Shown piece by piece: positions 61,201 through 64,000 of a DNA stretch of 64,000 nt. The position numbers were made by a program, and so were the translations under genes. The stretch lies in contig CM082586.2 of NCBI GenBank assembly GCA_040954595.2, forward strand, positions 12,059,337 to 12,123,336, written 5' to 3'. Below the pieces are notes generated by a model, which was given only the letters and a program-made list of their open reading frames with translations, ran no database searches and was not told where the DNA came from. Numbering within the stretch: the stretch's first letter is position 1; the number at the start of each line of letters is the position of its first letter. The DNA is from Balanoglossus misakiensis (taxonomy: Eukaryota; Animalia; Hemichordata).

Positions 61201-64000
61201 TATGCCGGAATGTTGTAAGGAATAGATTAATATTGCAAATAATTTAATTTCTTACATCATAAATGGAATTCAAAGAACCGTCACGTAACAGGATATGTAT
61301 AGTTTCAAGGCTTTGTTTTGGAATAACGAATTCTCTACAAGATTTAAGTGGAACAGTCACAGAATGAAAACAAATATGGAAAGAGTTATGCTGGAATGTT
61401 ATAAGGGATAGATTAATATTGCATACAATTTAATTTCTTACATCATAAATGGAATTCAAATAATGGTCACATAACAGGATATGTTTTACTAAAAAGACTT
61501 ATGTATAGGTTCAAGAATTTGTGTTGAAATACCAAATTCTCTACAAGATTTAAGTGGAACAGTCACAGAATGAAAACAAATATAGAAAGAGTTATGCCTG
61601 AATGTTGTAAGGGATAGATTAATATTGCAAATAATTTAATTTCTTATATCATAAATGGGATTCAAAAAATGGTCACATAACGGGCCATGTTTTAGTAAAA
61701 AGACTTATGTATAGTTTCAAGGCTTTGTTTTGGAATAACGAATTCTCTCCAAGATTTAAGTTGAACAGTTACAGAATGAAAACAAATATTCAAATAGTTA
61801 TGTTGGAATGTTGTAAGGGATAGTTTAATATTGCAAATAATTTAATTTCTTACATCATAAATGGAATTCAAAGAATGGTCACATAACGAGCCATGTTTTA
61901 CAAAAAGACTTAATATGTATAGTTTCAAGGCTTTGTTTTGGAATAACGAATTCTCTACAGGATTTAAGTGGAACAGTCACAGAATGAAAACAAATATGGA
62001 AAGAGTTATGCTGGAATGTTGTAAGGGATAGATTAATATTGCAAATAATTTAATTTCTTACATCATAAAATGAATTCAAAGAATGGTCACATAACAGGAT
62101 ATGTTTTACTAAAAAGACTTATGTATAGTTACAAGGCTTTGTTTTGGAATAACGAATTCTCTACAAGATTTAAGTGGAACAGTCACAGAATGAAAACAAA
62201 TATGGAAAGAGTTATGCTGGACTGTTATAAGGGATAGATTAATATTGCAAATAATTTAATTTCTTACATCATAAAATGAATTCAAAGAATGGTCACATAA
62301 CAGGATATGTTTTACTAAAAAGACTTATGTTATAGATTCAAGGCTTTGTTTTGGAATAACGAATTCTCCACAAGATTTAAGTGGAACAGTCACAGAATGA
62401 AAACAAATATGGAAAGAGTTATGCCGGAATGTTGTAAGGGATAGATTAATATTGCAAAAAATTTAATTTCTTACATCATAAATGGAATTCAAAGACAGGT
62501 CACGTAACAGGATATGTATAGTTTCAAGCGTTTGTTTTGGAGTAACGAATTCTCTACAAGATTTAAGTGGAACAGTCACAGAATGAAAACAAATATGGAA
62601 AGAGTTATGCTGAAATGTTGTTAGGGATAGATTAATATTGCATACAATTTAATTTCTTACATCATAAATGGAATTCAAATAATGGTCACATAACAGGATA
62701 TGTTTTACTAAAAAGACTTATGTATAGGTTCAAGAATTTGTGTTGAAATACCAAATTCTCTACAAGATTTAAGTGGAACAGTCACAGAATGAAAACAAAT
62801 ATGGAAAGAGTTATGCTGGAATGTTATAAGGGATAGATTAATATTGCAAATAATTTAATTTCTTACATCATAAAATGAATTCAAAGAATGGTCACATAAC
62901 AGGATATGTTTTACTAAAAAGACTTATGTTATAGATTCAAGGCTTTGTTTTGGAATAACGAATTCTCTACAAGATTTAAGTGGAACAGTCACAGAATGAA
63001 AACAAATATGGAAAGAGTTATGCCGGAATGTTGTAAGGAATAGATTAATATTGCAAATAATTTAATTTCTTACATCATAAATGGAATTCAAAGAACCGTC
63101 ACGTAACAGGATATGTATAGTTTCAAGGCTTTGTTTTGGAATAACGAATTCTCTACAAGATTTAAGTGGAACAGTCACAGAATGAAAACAAATATGGAAA
63201 GAGTTATGTCGGAATGTTGTAAGGGATAGATTAATATTGCAAATAATTTAATTTCTTACATCATAAATGGAATTCAAAGAATGGTCACATAATGGGCCAT
63301 GTTTTACTAAAAAGACTTATGTATAGTTTCAAGGCTTTGTTTTGGAATAACGAATTCTCTCCAAGATTTAAGTTGAACAGTTACAGAATGAAAACAAATA
63401 TTCAAATAGTTATGTTGGAATGTTGTAAGGGATAGTTTAATATTGCAAATAATTTAATTTCTTACATCATCAATGAAATTCAAAGAATGGTCAAATAACG
63501 GGCCATGTTTTACTAAAAAGACTTAATATGTATAGTTTGAAGGCTTTGTTTTGGAATAACGAATTCTCTACAAGATTTAAGTGGAACAGTCACAGAATGA
63601 AAACAAATATTCAAATAGTTATGTTGGAATGTTGTAAAGGGTAGTTTAATATTCCAAATAATTTAATTTCTTACATCATAAATGAAATTCAAAGAATGGT
63701 CAAATAACGGGCCATGTTTTACTAAAAAGACTTAATATGTATAGTTTGAAGGCTTTGTTTTGGAATAACGAATTCTCTACAAGATTTAAGTGGAACAGTC
63801 ACAGAATGAAAACAAATATGGAAAGCGTTATGCCGGAATGTTGTAAGGGATAGTTTAATATTGCAAATAATTTAATTTCATACATCATAAATGGAATTCA
63901 AAGAATGGTCACATAACAGGATATGTTTTACTAAAAAGACTTATGTTATAGTTTCAAGGCTTTGTTTTGGAATAACGAATTCTCTACAAGATTTAAGTGG
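55282..64000. repeat. Satellite array (segment 4)
   Basis: Same monomers, with block periods of 1798 bp (markers at 56711/58509 and 57191/58989) and 2438 bp (60181/62619). The array runs off the right edge of the window. Confidence 0.99.

Noticed and set aside
1-64000. CRISPR array
   Set aside because: The repeats are contiguous ~206-bp monomers with no unique spacers and no cas genes; the context is eukaryotic satellite.

Overview
Eukaryotic (animal-type) satellite DNA. About 54.6 kb of the 64 kb is one uninterrupted-orientation AT-rich tandem array: roughly 270 monomers of 205-209 bp plus a recurrent 186-bp deletion variant, arranged in local higher-order repeats. Three single-copy insertions interrupt it. 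(1) A complete 7,410-bp BEL/Pao LTR retrotransposon on the minus strand (7467-14876), with 547-bp LTRs that look identical, a CATCA TSD and an intact 1,950-aa Gag-PR-RT-RH-IN ORF. (2) A 1,669-bp non-autonomous TTAA-specific DNA transposon with GG...CC ends, Kolobok-type (52094-53762). (3) A ~324-bp non-coding fold-back element (~54959-55281). Two observations stand out. The BEL/Pao element has no tRNA-type PBS; its PBS position is instead a perfect 13-nt complement of a sequence inside its own LTR, in the geometry of Tf1-style self-priming. The 324-bp element carries an internal splint complementary to both of its joined ends, and its mismatches (tandem GA, G-T) favour folding of one strand only. 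No host genes were seen. All comparisons were done by eye.
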